Positions 1-12,267 of a stretch of DNA of 64,000 bases are shown in pieces (position 1 is the stretch's first letter; every line of letters starts with the position of its first letter). The notes under the pieces were generated by a model. It saw nothing but the letters and a program-made list of their open reading frames with translations. It had not been told where the DNA came from and ran no database searches. Made by a program: the position numbers and the translations under genes. Origin of the DNA: Octopus bimaculoides (lineage: Eukaryota); assembly GCF_001194135.2 (NCBI RefSeq), contig NC_068998.1:18467894-18531893 (forward strand), read 5' to 3'.

Positions 1-984
1 TGGAAAACAACAATGGAATGTTATGGGGGGAAAATATGGATTAAAATTTAGGGATTCTTCTTCACCATTAATACCACTACCACCATCATCATTATCTTTG
101 AGCATTTTGCATACTTAACTTTGAATTCAGCACCCCACAAACATGTATGCAGTGCACTTCCATATAGTTTCCATCCACCAAATTCAACACACAAGTTTTG
201 TAGTATTATCAAAAGTAATTCAAATATACAGTTCCATAAATTTTTTCTTCACTGTAGTAAATTTTTACCAGATGAAAAAGATTTGAATTTTTTCTTTACT
301 AAGCTTAGAGTTAGGAAAATTTGAAGAATTTATTCATTGTTCCATTTCCCTCCTCAGACATTCTGGGAGCTTCTAATTTTTTCCCAATAGTTAAAGAAAT
401 CTTTCAGTTACAACATCCATGTGAAGAAAATGCATTAAAAACTATTTTGCTTAAATATATTTTGACTCTTTTTCACTCCATATTTTGGGATATTGTTAGA
501 AAGTATTTCAATTCAACTGATTTTATTTTTTGTGTTTTTAAATAAGCAGATTTTTGTGTTGAACTATTCTTGCAAGTTGGTTTGAAGAATTCTTTTCTAT
601 TTTTTAATTGATAAAATTAGTATGTTATGAGAGAAGAGAATACAGGAATGCTTCAACTTAATGATTCAGTTGGTTCCAAATATCTAATTGTTAAGTGAGA
701 CGGGCTAATTCACAGAGAAATAATGTTATAAGCAGAGATTACATTCTTCCTAATGAGATTTGAGAAATTTTCGAAAGTGTTAAATAAGAAGTAATAAAAC
801 ATAAACTTAGGCATAGCCAATGATTTGACTGCATAAACCATTTGCAAATAATAAACAATAAAAAAACTCTAGTTTTGTAAACATCACTCAATGTTTCTTT
901 GCTGCTGGTTTTGGAGTTATCATTCAATATGACTTTGTTGCACATATTTCATTCACTTGAAATAGGAATCACTTTTTTTTTTTT

Positions 985-1310
985 TGCATAAATGTGTCAA
1001 GATTGCTGAACGTGGAGAATAAATGGGAGGAGGAAAGTCTGCCAAAGGTTGATCCATTTGAGGGACCAGCTATCCGAATCAACAGTATCCTGACAGATAA
1101 AGCAATCAAAGATATGAAAACAGAGAAAGCCCTCGGCCCCACAGGAATCACCACTGAGATACTTAAAATATCGGGCAGTGTTGGTTATGGTCTAGTCTCC
1201 CACATCATAAATCAGTTAGTTCATGAAGGAGTCATACCCAATGTGGCAGCACCATAGTTAACTGCTACAAAGGTAAAAGTGATGTTTTAGACAGAAATGA
1301 TGATGATGAT
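985..1310 (+). mobile_element. RTE-clade LINE fragment (N-terminal part of RT domain)
   Basis: ORF 994-1257 reads DKAIKDMKTEKALGPTGITTEILKISGSVGYGLVSHIINQLVHEGVIP, matching the non-LTR RT domain 0/1 motif (KA.GP.GI..E.LK). A (GAT)n tail follows at about 1297-1310. Confidence 0.75.
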
Positions 1311-2232
1311 GTGTCAAGTGTTCCTTATTTCTACAACAGTCTTATTCTTTTCTTTGTAAGTTTTATGGTAGTAGACAGAAGATAATTACACCTGCAGCAA
1401 CTTTTCTACTTCATTTGAAAATCTGTCTCAACCGCTTTGTGAACATGTGAAAAGACTTTGTCAAGCACTTTGAGAGCAAAAGAATAAATAGTTTCTATTG
1501 TTAGATTTTAAAAAAATTTTCATAGTTCAGTTTAAAATTCAGACATAAACATGGCTACATGGTTAAAAAGTTAGCTTTACAACCATGTGGTTTTGGGTTC
1601 AGACCCACATATGATGCCTTATGCAAGTGGCTTCTACTATAGCCCTGGAGTGACCAAATTATTATGAGCGGATTTGGCAGACAGAAACTGAAAGATGCAG
1701 TTTGTATGCACACACACATACATACACATGCATGCACACATACAGGGTGATTCGTAGCAACCCTACAGGATGAAAAACAAAATTTGTGGAAGGAGAGATG
1801 AATCCAGAGGAATCAATGGCCATCCAATAATATATACATCTTCACATAAAATATGCATGTATGTTTAGTGATCTGTTTTCATTTATTCAAATGAAGCATG
1901 CAAGAAATAAGTAACCTTCATCTCCACAACTTCAAAGATGGCAGCAGCAAGCTGTTGGGACCAACTGGTGCAGGTGGCAACATGCTGTTATGATGGGCTA
2001 GAAGTCATGATGCAGAGCAAGCAGTTATGTTTTATGGCCTGGACACACAAACAAGTCAGTTGGTACAGCAAAGTGCAGAGATTCACTTCAGCCACTAGGA
2101 AATCTCTTGCATTCTTATACAAGTTCAGTTGCCATGTCTTTGTCTTGCCACTGAGAATATTGTGTGAGAACAAAAGAGTGAGTTTGGTGGCTGCACAGCT
2201 CTTTCTCATTAAAAAAAATAATAATAAAACCT

Positions 2233-2625
2233 TGTGATTAAGAAGCTTACTTTGCAACCACAAGGTTTTGGGTTCGATACCACTGCACAGTACCTCAGAC
2301 AAGCATCTTCTACTATAGCTCCAGACTGATCAATATCTTGTAAGTGAATCTGGTGGACAGAAATTGTGTGGAAGCCCATCATATAAGTGCATGCATGCAT
2401 GCATGCATGTATGTGTATGTGTGTCTTTGTGTTGGTGTTTGTATTTATATCCCACTATTTGACAACCAGTGTTGGTTTGTTTACATCCATGTAACTTAGC
2501 AGTTTGGCAACAGAGACCAATGGAATAGGTTCCAGACTTTAAAAAAGTAAATACTGAGGTTGATTTGTTTAAATAAAGCCCTTCAAGGCAGAGCCCCAGC
2601 ATGGCCATAGTCTAATGACTGAAAC
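2233..2625 (+). mobile_element. tRNA-headed SINE family A copy
   Basis: Head with B-box-like GGGTTCGATACC, internal (TGCA)/(TG) microsatellite, and tail ending CAGCATGGCCATAGTCTAATGACTGAAACAAG; similar to many other copies in the window. Confidence 0.8.
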
Positions 2626-2679
2626 AAGCATCTTAACCACACAGCCATGCATACACCCACTATTTTATCTTTTATATCT

Positions 2680-2884
2680 TATACTCGTTTCAGTCATTAG
2701 GCTGTGGCCATGCTGGGGCACAACCTTGAGGAATTTTAGTCGAACTAATGGATCCTAGTACTTATTTTCTTAAACCTGGTACTTATTCTATCAGTCCCTT
2801 TCTCCAAACTGTAAAGTTACAGGGACATAAACACACCCATGTCAATTGCCAAGCAGTGGTGGGGGACAAACACAGACACCAAAA

Positions 2885-2922
<38 letters not shown>

Positions 2923-3410
2923 ATGAGCTTCTTTCAGTTTTTATCTACCAAATCCACTCACATGGCTTTGGTCAGCCTGAGGCTTTAGAAGACATTTGCC
3001 CAAGGTGCCATGCAGTGGGACTGAACCTGAGACCAGGTGGTTGGGAAGTAAACTTCTTACCACACAGCCACATTTACTCTTTTACTTGTTTCAGTCATTT
3101 GACTGTGGCCATGCTGGAGCACCACCTTTTAGATGAGCAAATCGACCCCAGGACTTATTCTTTGGAAGCCTAGTACTTTTTCTATTAATCTCTTTTGCCG
3201 AACTGCTAAGTTACGGGGACATAAACACACCAGCATCGGTTGTCAAGCGATGCTGGGGGACAAACACAGGCACAAACATATACACACACATATATATATA
3301 CATATATACGACGGGCTTCTTTCAGTTTCCATCTACCAAATCCACTCACAAGGCTTTGGTTGGCCCGAGGCTATAGTAGAAGACACTTGCCCAAGGTGCC
3401 ACACAGTGGG
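2680..3410 (-). mobile_element. Two tandem SINE family A copies (2680-3070, 3075-3410)
   Basis: Both start with the reverse-oriented tail TACTC(TTT)..TTTCAGTCATT and carry internal CA/TA microsatellites and the CACTTGCCCAAGGTGCCA block. Confidence 0.8.
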
Positions 3411-3617
3411 AATACATTTGTATTTATTTATTTTTTACAAGTATTTATTTATTTATTTATTTATTGTTGCTACTGCTATTAATTTAGTTGTATATTCAGT
3501 TCCATATAACCTTAAATTGAGAAATTAAACTGAAGAAACAAGCTAGTTTTAGTTAATAAAATTGATTTACTGAGTAGAAAGACCTTTCAAAAACTTGATG
3601 TCTAAGGAAGAATTTCT

Positions 3618-3845
3618 TTAATCCTTTAGCATCCAGGTTATTCTGTTAAATATAATGCTTATTTATTCACATTATTTTAAATCATGTATTACCTTGTAGC
3701 TTCGAAATTTTGATGACTGACATGGTAGTTTATTTTTAGAATGATATGGTAGGGTAGGTGCTTCTGTTCAAAGTGACCAGATCTGAACAAAAAGTACATA
3801 GAATATTTTGGCCAGATATGATCAGATTAAATGCTAAAAGGTTAA
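3618..3845. mobile_element. About 220-bp TTAA-flanked MITE (piggyBac-type ends)
   Basis: TTAA at 3618-3621 and 3842-3845 flank the inverted termini (T)CCTTTAGCAT...ATGCTAAAAGG. Same family as 15433-15660, 42991-43218, 59718-59943 and 61014-61227. Confidence 0.75.
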
Positions 3846-4085
3846 ATAAAAGGGATTCTTGATAGTGAGGAAGATCTCGAGCAGTTGTTTTTCAACTGGG
3901 GGCCACATAAGATTTTATTGCTAAAATTTATGTGCAATAAATTGGTCATACTTCTACAATGCACAAAATATTTTGCAATGTTTTTTATACAATTCCTAAT
4001 ACGTAATTATAAAAATATATTAGAATTTTTTTAAACATTGAATGATTATAAGGGTCCAGTAGGGTGAAATTGGAATAAAAGAAGT

Positions 4086-4361
4086 TCATCATCATCATCA
4101 TCATCGTTTAACGTCTGCTTTCCATGCTAGCATGGGTTGGACGATTTGACTGAGAACTGGTGAACCAGATGGCTACACCAGGCTCCAATCTGATTTGGCA
4201 GAGTTTCTACAGCTGGATGCCCTTCCTAACGCCAACCACTCAGAGAGTGTAGTGGGTGCTTTTACGTGCCACTGGCACGAGGGCCAGTCAGGCGGTACTG
4301 GCAACGGCCACGCTCGAAATGGTGTATTTTACGTGCCACCTGCACAGGGGCCAGTCCAGCG
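4086..4361 (-). mobile_element. SINE family C with RTE-like (GAT)n tail
   Basis: (CAT)n followed by CGTTTAACGTCTGCTTTCCATGCTAGCATGGGTTGGA and the CTACAGCTGGATGCCCTTCCTAACGCCAACCAC core, also seen at 9320, 17816, 29178, 29610, 30040, 36000 and 37130. Confidence 0.8.
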
Positions 4362-4784
4362 GTTTGAGAATTACTGATTTGAAGTCAGACGCCTAATATA
4401 TGCTTCTCTAACTCATCTGAAGATACCTCTGGCACAATGAAGCAAAAGTTATAATTTAACAGTAATCACTTATATGATACTTTCATAAATTTCTTAATTG
4501 CTTTAATTTTTTTCTTTCTTGTATCATAGTTGAATTATTGGTATTAAAATGCCTCTTTTGTAGTCACAGTAAGTGTAAATCCACTTACATGCCCTACCTT
4601 AATATGTAATAGATCAGATGCTTTACCTTTTGTCAAGAATTAGTTGTTAGAGTGTGTATGAGGGGTGGGTGGAGCCTATGTAGCAGCTCTCCTACCTCGT
4701 TAAACACCTCAGCTATTAATGTTCAATGTTTTAGATTCATCTAATTCATATCACGTTGGTCAGTTGTTTAGTTGGTATGAAAGA

Positions 4785-4965
4785 AGAGGGCAGAGGAGGA
4801 GGGAGAAGAGAGGAGAGGAGAAGAGCAAGGGGAGAAGAGCAAGGGAGAAGAAGAAGAAGAAGAAGAAAGAGATAAAACAACAAGAAAAATGAAGGAAAAG
4901 ATAGAAGGAATGAAGGAAAGGAAGAGAAAAGGAAGAGAAAAGGAAAGAAAGAAAGAAAGAAAGAA
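4785..4965 (+). repeat. Polypurine (GA/GAA/GAAA) low-complexity tract
   Basis: About 180 nt of almost pure A/G, including (GAA)n and (GAAA)n runs. Confidence 0.9.
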
Positions 4966-5870
4966 ACCAGGGCTGTAAAAAGCAGAAGTTAATAAATGCT
5001 TCAATTAAGTGGCTAGTTTGTTCATCTGACAAGATGTGTTTCTGTTCACTATTTCACTGCCATTTGTATTACTGTTGGCCTGTTTCCACACCCATATTTT
5101 TCCCATCGCTCTCATCACTCTGCCTTTGACATCATTGAAACATTTGCATTGAGAAAATAAAGTTATGAGGCAGTTCCTATTGTTCTGCTTTATTACTTTG
5201 TCACATGGCCTTGTTTTTATGGAATCGGATTCCCGTTGTTGCATTTCCAGCACTTTCTGTTTGATCTATTCTGTTCAATCTTTAATGTTTCTATTAATTT
5301 CCATTGTCTTCCTGTTTAAACAGCACTTTGAACGTTGCAAGATGCCATTGTGTTCTCATATACTGAGGGAGAGAGAGAGAAAAAGAGTTGATGATATTCT
5401 GTATCAGTCAATATTTTCAATCACATTGTTTCTGTGGCAAGTACACTTTAGAGTCAAATCTGTGACCAATGTTATTATGATTCTGAATTGTAGCAACTTT
5501 ACTACACATGCAGTGTTAATGTCACCGAGAAAAGGTACAAAATAAATAAATGAGCATTACAACTTCAATTCTGTCCAGCGTTAAAATTATCATATTTTGC
5601 TACTACCACAACAAGGGAGCTTGTACATGAACATGCAAACTCCTAGAAATAGTGTCTTCTATCTTTTACTTGTTTCAGCCATTGGATTGCAGCCATGCTG
5701 GAGCAGTACCTTGAAGGAGGTTTTTTTTAAAGTCAAACAGATCAACCACAGCATGTATTCTTTTGGTCTCTTTTCTTGAGCTACTAAGTTATGGGGATGT
5801 AAACAAATCAACACTGGTTGCTAAGTGTTGGGGGAAGGCAGACATATATATATATATATCTATATATATC

Positions 5871-5907
<37 letters not shown>

Positions 5908-5954
5908 CTACACACACACACACACAATGGTCTTCCATACAGTTTCTTATTTCT

Positions 5955-6156
5955 TTACTGCCCACAAGGGGTTACACACAGAGGGGACAAACTCTGGTCC
6001 TGGGGACAGTTCTTTTTAATGTAGCCTGGCTCCAGGCACTGGTGACACTTGGGGGGTAGGCGTTCCTCAAGAATCACCGGGTACCTGCAACCAGCCATTT
6101 TCAAAAAATCCAGGAAAACCAGATTCTTGGCTGATTGGGTCCACAGGGTCAAAACC
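5955..6156 (-). mobile_element. L1/Tx1-type LINE ORF1 fragment with zinc knuckle
   Basis: Minus-strand translation AGCRYPVILEERLPPKCHQCLEPGYIKKNCP has CX2CX4(H>Y)X4C spacing preceded by a G.R..V..E-like motif. It is cut by the gap starting at 6157. Confidence 0.55.
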
Positions 6157-6684
6157 NNNNNNNNNNNNNNNNNNNNNNNNNNNNNNNNNNNNNNNNNNNN
6201 NNNNNNNNNNNNNNNNNNNNNNNNNNNNNNNNNNNNNNNNNNNNNNNNNNNNNNNNNNNNNNNNNNNNNNNNNNNNNNNNNNNNNNNNNNNNNNNNNNNN
6301 NNNNNNNNNNNNNNNNNNNNNNNNNNNNNNNNNNNNNNNNNNNNNNNNNNNNNNNNNNNNNNNNNNNNNNNNNNNNNNNNNNNNNNNNNNNNNNNNNNNN
6401 NNNNNNNNNNNNNNNNNNNNNNNNNNNNNNNNNNNNNNNNNNNNNNNNNNNNNNNNNNNNNNNNNNNNNNNNNNNNNNNNNNNNNNNNNNNNNNNNNNNN
6501 NNNNNNNNNNNNNNNNNNNNNNNNNNNNNNNNNNNNNNNNNNNNNNNNNNNNNNNNNNNNNNNNNNNNNNNNNNNNNNNNNNNNNNNNNNNNNNNNNNNN
6601 NNNNNNNNNNNNNNNNNNNNNNNNNNNNNNNNNNNNNNNNNNNNNNNNNNNNNNNNNNNNNNNNNNNNNNNNNNNNNNNNNNNN
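6157..6684. other. Assembly gap (one of 11 N runs)
   Basis: The other gaps are 9200-9319, 17092-17815, 26130-26322, 29411-29609, 32994-33003, 41397-41406, 42690-42802, 51609-52075, 54260-54711 and 55859-56214. Most abut microsatellites or SINEs. Confidence 0.99.
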
Positions 6685-9319
6685 AATCAAAAAATAAAAA
6701 CCAAAAAAACAGTCAGAAGGAAGACAAGAAAAAACACAAAGATAGAAAAGACAAGAAGAAATGATAAAACAAACAGTTCAGCATGACTACACTTCTCTAG
6801 GATTTGCTAGTTCAATTCACAGCTTCTTAAAAATTTTCAGTCAACCGGTACTCCTGGTCCTTGTATTTTCCAAACAGGTACTCCAATTGGGTCAGAAACA
6901 TGGTAGCAGGAACAAAAATTATTTACCATTAAATGGTAAATACACCACGAAGAAAAAATTTTTTCCACGGCAGTAGAAAATTCAACAGTTTATGGCAGCA
7001 GAGTATCTGCCCACCAAACACAATTCACTTTAAAGTGAACAAATTTTGCCCAACTGCAGGCAGACCAGAGTACAGAATCCAGTAAGGACTTCTTGCTTGT
7101 ACAAAAAATATTACAGCAAACAACAAACCCCCACTGGACCCAAAATACAAAAGTCTAACCTTGCAGTTGAGCTTCACTTAATTTGCCACGCTGCAAACCA
7201 GTGCCAAGAAAAACACTGACATGCGCAGTGGGAAGCAAGCTTCTTACCAAACAGCCATGGCTGCACCTATTTATATGCCAAACACCTTGAAAGTTTTTAT
7301 CAAATGCTTCCCAAATCTATCTCCCAACCTGTGTATATGCTTGTGTATCTGTATACACACATACACACAGATATGGGAATCTGTATCGAGCATTCAACCT
7401 CTTTAAATCTCAATCAATTATCATAATTTATCCTTAAAGACAGGGTTCCTCTCTTTACTTTTACCTTTAGCTTCTATTAATACTTGGAGAAGTTGATATG
7501 AATTTCTTTGGAAGAAAAAAAGCCTAACCTCAGTGCTCATATATTAACACAGTTTTTATCATAACCAAAGAGCAGTCAAATAGATTTGTCTTTGTCACTA
7601 ATTTTCTCAACAATTCAGTAATTTGACTCAACAAATACACACATTTTGGGTTATATCCAAAAGAAACCTGACCACCTGATAAGCTTAGCATTTGCAGTGT
7701 CTACCTTCTGAGCTTACTAACACTATGGTGCTTTCACCTAAACTTATTGTTTTATCAATCATCATTCGTCTTCTTGCTCATTACTCTTGCAGCATCTCAC
7801 TTTTCTTAATCCTTCATACCTAAAACTTCAAATCTTTAGCAGTGTATCTCTGGCGATCTTCCATTCAGCCACTGATGTTCAAAGTTCAAATCTAATATCA
7901 TCCATATTCATATTACCCAACTTAATCTTCTCTTTCCCACCACCCACTTTTAGGAACACAAGGAAAAGCTATAATCACAGTTTCTTCTTCTATGACAAAA
8001 TCATAATATTAAAAAAAAAAAAAAAATCCAATAGAAGATTATTAAAAATAAATATTTCCTTTTACCTCAACCTATAATATACTGTTATGAAGAGATTTCT
8101 TACCTAAACCAATTCCTTACAATTCAGGACAAAAGATAATTTGTGTGTCAATGTATAAAATGCACACGCATACACATACACGTACACTCGCACACACACA
8201 TACTTACATACACACTAATAACTGTTACAGTCTCCTAGATGCAACAGCCATTTAAAATACCATAACAGCAGGCCACTTCCTTTATGATTGATCTCTAAAA
8301 AAACACTACATATAAAACAGATGCTTATAAAAAAATATGCTTATAAAAATGTATTTAAAAAAAAGCAATAAAATATAATGTTTTGGTACAATTTCATGCA
8401 ACAGAGCTTTTCAAGTTACTGATATCTAACAGAAATAGGAGATAAATCAGAGAGTGCGGGTGGAGGAAGAGCAAGCAGACAGATAGAAACAGACAAAATA
8501 AAACATAACATACAAAAAGAAAGCTGCTAAGTTGAATGGTCTTTGATGTGATATCTTCCACCATAAAATATTGGTATTGATTCAATAAGGTTTGTTATTA
8601 TCTCCTTGGTTATTTCTAAAGTAATTATAGTATCAACCTGCAATCTAATCTTCCTGGATATTCATATAAAAAATAATGTACAACAAAAGTATAAATTTTA
8701 TTGATTTTCCAATGGTTCCTCACAGAACACAGAGAACCCATGATGTGGCTTCTCTAAAAATCTTACATAAACTCTGGAAGCAGATACTTACTGAGAGGTA
8801 TAGAATAAGAGCAATTACCTTTTGATTGATATTTAAAGGCAATTCTCAATATAGGTGAACGCTAACAACATACTTTGTTCTTTATGAAATAGCAGTATGA
8901 CAATTTTTTTTAAATAGCTTCCTTCTTTTTCTTGTTATATACTCATTTTTCTCATACAAACTTTGCTGGATAGATCTTCAAATTCAGATATTTTCATATT
9001 GATGCACATAGATATTTGACAGTCAAATATAAAATCCATCCAACAACTCTATCATGGAGGGAAAGTGGCATCCATTTCTACTTACACTGATACGAGTAGA
9101 ATAATATATATATCTCCTCTTTCATTTTTTAATAACTCTGAAGACTGGAAACTTTGTATTTGCAAGGAGTAACTTAATTATTTACATTCTTGGTAATAAN
9201 NNNNNNNNNNNNNNNNNNNNNNNNNNNNNNNNNNNNNNNNNNNNNNNNNNNNNNNNNNNNNNNNNNNNNNNNNNNNNNNNNNNNNNNNNNNNNNNNNNNN
9301 NNNNNNNNNNNNNNNNNNN

Positions 9320-9522
9320 GGACTGGTGAAACCGGATGGCAACACCAGGCTCCAATCTAATTTGGCAGAGTTTCTACAGCTGGATGCCCTTCCTAACGCC
9401 AACCACTCAGAGTGTAGTGGGTGCTTTTACGTGTCACCCGCACGAAGGCCAGTCAGGCGGTACTGGCAACAGCCACACTCGAAAATAGTGTCTTTTATGT
9501 GCCACCCGCACAAGAGCCAGTC
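9320..9522 (-). mobile_element. SINE family C copy
   Basis: Near-identical to 4148-4350 (ACCAGGCTCCAATCT..TTGGCAGAGTTTCTACAGCTGGATGCCCTTCCTAACGCC). Confidence 0.8.
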
Positions 9523-9524
9523 CA

Positions 9525-10806
9525 CCCTTGAATATAATACGCAGGGGATTTTTAGGGGGCTGTACCTCTGAAAAACCTAAACCTTGTGTATAATACGCAC
9601 CCCTTCTCTAACTTGAGTCAAGGCGGTCTATATAATGTCTATATAACATCCTTGGTTTGTAAACATATATATGGTAATGTCCTTTATTATTATTGTATAT
9701 ATACCGTAATGCAAACGTGTAGCTTTTTTGTGCACTTTGTTTGCAGAAAACAAAGAAATAACAGTAATAATGTCAGGTCGGGAGCACGAATCCTTCCACC
9801 TTTAGTGAACAACTTATCTCCAGTCGACATCCATTCAGTCCATAAATCACGCAATTTGTTTTTAATCGGTTTGTTAATAGAGACATCTTATGGTTGCAAT
9901 ATGGAGGTCATGCCTGTAGCCTCAAATGTACTGTATTAATGGCTATTCCACTAAGTCTTCTTTCCTCTACCCATTCAAGAAAAATTTCTTCAAGCTCAGG
10001 ATGTCTGGCTTTTTTCCCCCTTCTTGCCTTCGTTATCTTTGGCATCTGTTTAATTTCATCTTTATTTCTTCTCCATAACCTGACATTGCTTTTGTCAACA
10101 TCAAATTTTCTTCCAGCAGCTCTATTACCATGCTCTTTAGCATATGATATAACTTCAAGTTAAAACATAGCTGAATAAAATCTACAAGGCATTTTATGGG
10201 CATGTAATGTATAAAATGTTTTATAGGAGATTAATGTACATGTTTAAGTCCCACGTATAAAAAAACCCTAGTAAAGACCCACAGTAGTTCAACATTTAAT
10301 ACCGGTATTAATTAAGTATCTATTGTTTGCCACGGTAACGATGCAAACTGCCAATACAAACAGCAGGATGAACTATTTAGCACTAAACTATTAAGCACAA
10401 TTCGTACATAATTAAGCCAGCAGCATCTAGTCGAACGAACACTTCCACGCATGCGTAATACAATAATGGTGATGTTCTTAACTGTTATATGGGAATGTAA
10501 GTATATTTGCAAATTGTTTTTGTTACATGTTATTCTGTGTTCTGAAAACTTTTATTTTGATAAATGTTGCTTACTGCAAGTTATGGATGATTCTTTTATG
10601 ACTTCATTGCTTTCAGGCTTAGCTTAAGGTATTTTCGCGCCCGACATCACAAAATGCGTCTGAATAAACATTGCTGGACAGCAAATAGAGACTCAGACAT
10701 CGCTTAGAAAATATTTTTCATTTTTAACCCCATATATAGTATGCACTAGGGATTTTGACCTTTAAATTTTGGGGGGAAAATGCTGATTATACTCGGATTT
10801 ACGGTA
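9525..10806 (-). mobile_element. Internally deleted pogo/Tigger (POGK-like) DNA transposon
   Basis: Minus strand from ATG 10192 reads MPCRFYSAMF*LEVISYAKEHGNRAAGRKFDVDKSNVRLWRR...ARHPELEEIFLEWVEERRLSGIAI (Brinker-type DBD plus CENP-B HTH). It joins directly to GMTSILQP*DVSINKPIKNKLRDLWTEWMSTGDKLFTKGG (DDE_1 C-terminal motif). The right terminus is ...GGATTTACGG|TA, with related subterminal TATAATACGCA repeats at 9535-9600. Confidence 0.85.
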
Positions 10807-12163
10807 TCTTACTGAAGAAAACAAGATTTGATTCAGTATTTTTCTCAAACCTGTGAACAAAGAGTACATCCTCTTCAAGACTAAACATATTTATACCAAT
10901 AAATAAAGTCTATAAACAAGCTTCTTGTTGGGATACAGTTAAACATAGTCATTATTAAGCAATGAATTTATGTAACAACTTGAACATAAGGACCATAAAC
11001 AGTGCAGTGTCACAGTGATAAAGTACTACAATAAGAAACTAAGTGTTTAATGTTGACATCATACAGTAAGAATTTAAGAGAGCCATGTTGACATCTCATC
11101 TACAAATGTTTACACAGAACATCAGTAAATATTTACTTTGCTTGTCATGAAGAAGAAAGCTGCAACTGAGAAAACTTCCAACTCAATTAGATTCCAGGAT
11201 TTAGCTGTAAGATGGGCAATTATTTCATTCTCATAAGGCAGAACCTTATAAACAACTCTTGTACAACAACCATCACCTCTCCTTCAAATAATTCCATATG
11301 GTCTTAAGACAATATCTTGCAACTTTTCCAAGTTGAACCTAACAAATCTCATTTCACTAGAAATTTACTACATAAATATAATCTATAATTCTAATAGTTT
11401 TATGGATGAATGAATGCCTGATATGGTTTGTTATAAGTTATTGTAACATCTAGAAAATAAATGCTTCAGATTTAAATAAAGCAATGGTTAAAACAATAAT
11501 ATTAGCTCAAATAATTATAGATAATATGATATGAAAATAATACTCTTGTTAGTAGATTGCAAAATCTTACATTTAACTACTTATGGTAGCAATAAAACTA
11601 CAACTAAATAATGAGATTGTTATTATCTTACAGTCTAATGGTGGAAATATCTGTTAATAAACCTTACTTGTTAGTTTGAAGAATTGAGAACAATATCATT
11701 CAGCCATTTTGTTTTGTTTATTCCAAAAGTATTTATAAACAAAAATTTTAAAAAAAACAACATAATTGAATTTGTTTTTTAAAACTGAAAAATGTGGAAA
11801 CGAAAAATCCTATTAGTTGATGGCTAATGTGTGGGAGTGGCCACGATATAAATAAAGAAAAAGTGCAACAAAATAAGCTGGCAATTATGTGTCCATTGTG
11901 GCTACATAATCTATGTAAAAACACAGTAGAGTGGTAAATAACAACTTCAGAGACACAAACAAAATATGAAAGGAGATGCAAAACAAAATGTATTTTTATG
12001 TAATGATTTACATTGTTCCTTTTGTATACTCTTCAAATAAGAGCCCAAACAGAATTTTATCAATATAGATTTTAATTGAATTAAAGGTTATGCTCAAATA
12101 TTAGTAGAAACAAGAGCCCATGAGAAGTAACAAAAGATGGAATGAAAATGTAGCCAGACTGAC

Positions 12164-12267
12164 CTTAATGATTTTAGCTAAAGTATCAGCTCCTTTCCAA
12201 CTGAGGTTACAGCCAACCAGGTTAATGGCATTTAACGACATGTTGTTTTTTATGGCTCGTCCAACAG
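12164..12267 (-). CDS. CEP78: CEP78 coding exon (probably coding exon 5)
   Basis: tttccatgttacag|CT...AAG|gtcagt; 104 nt, phase 1 to 0. Encodes VGRAIKNNMSLNAINLVGCNLSWKGADTLAKIIK, which matches as I recall it the CEP78 LRR segment (human ..[22 protein letters not shown]). Confidence 0.9.

Noticed and set aside
4760-5032. Hydrophobic F/L/S-rich minus-strand ORFs resembling membrane proteins
   Set aside because: They are the complement of the polypurine low-complexity tract.
5763-6059. ORFs rich in IY, HT or CV (also near 27380-27710, 41283-42010, 51522-52172 and 54062-54810)
   Set aside because: They are translations of (TA)n/(CA)n microsatellites or run through N gaps; no domain content.
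8527-8637. Possible CEP78 terminal exon (VDTIITLEITKEIITNLIESIPIFYGGRYHIKDHST*)
   Set aside because: It has an AG and an open phase-0 frame, but a poor polypyrimidine tract and no similarity to the expected CEP78 continuation.
10324-10338. RFX X-box-like TTTGCCACGGTAAC within a ciliary gene
   Set aside because: It has two mismatches to the consensus, lies inside the pogo element and is about 28 kb from the start codon.
11273-11338. Possible CEP78 terminal exon (VQLGKVARYCLKTIWNYLKER*)
   Set aside because: Weak acceptor and no CEP78 similarity; short open frames like this occur by chance.
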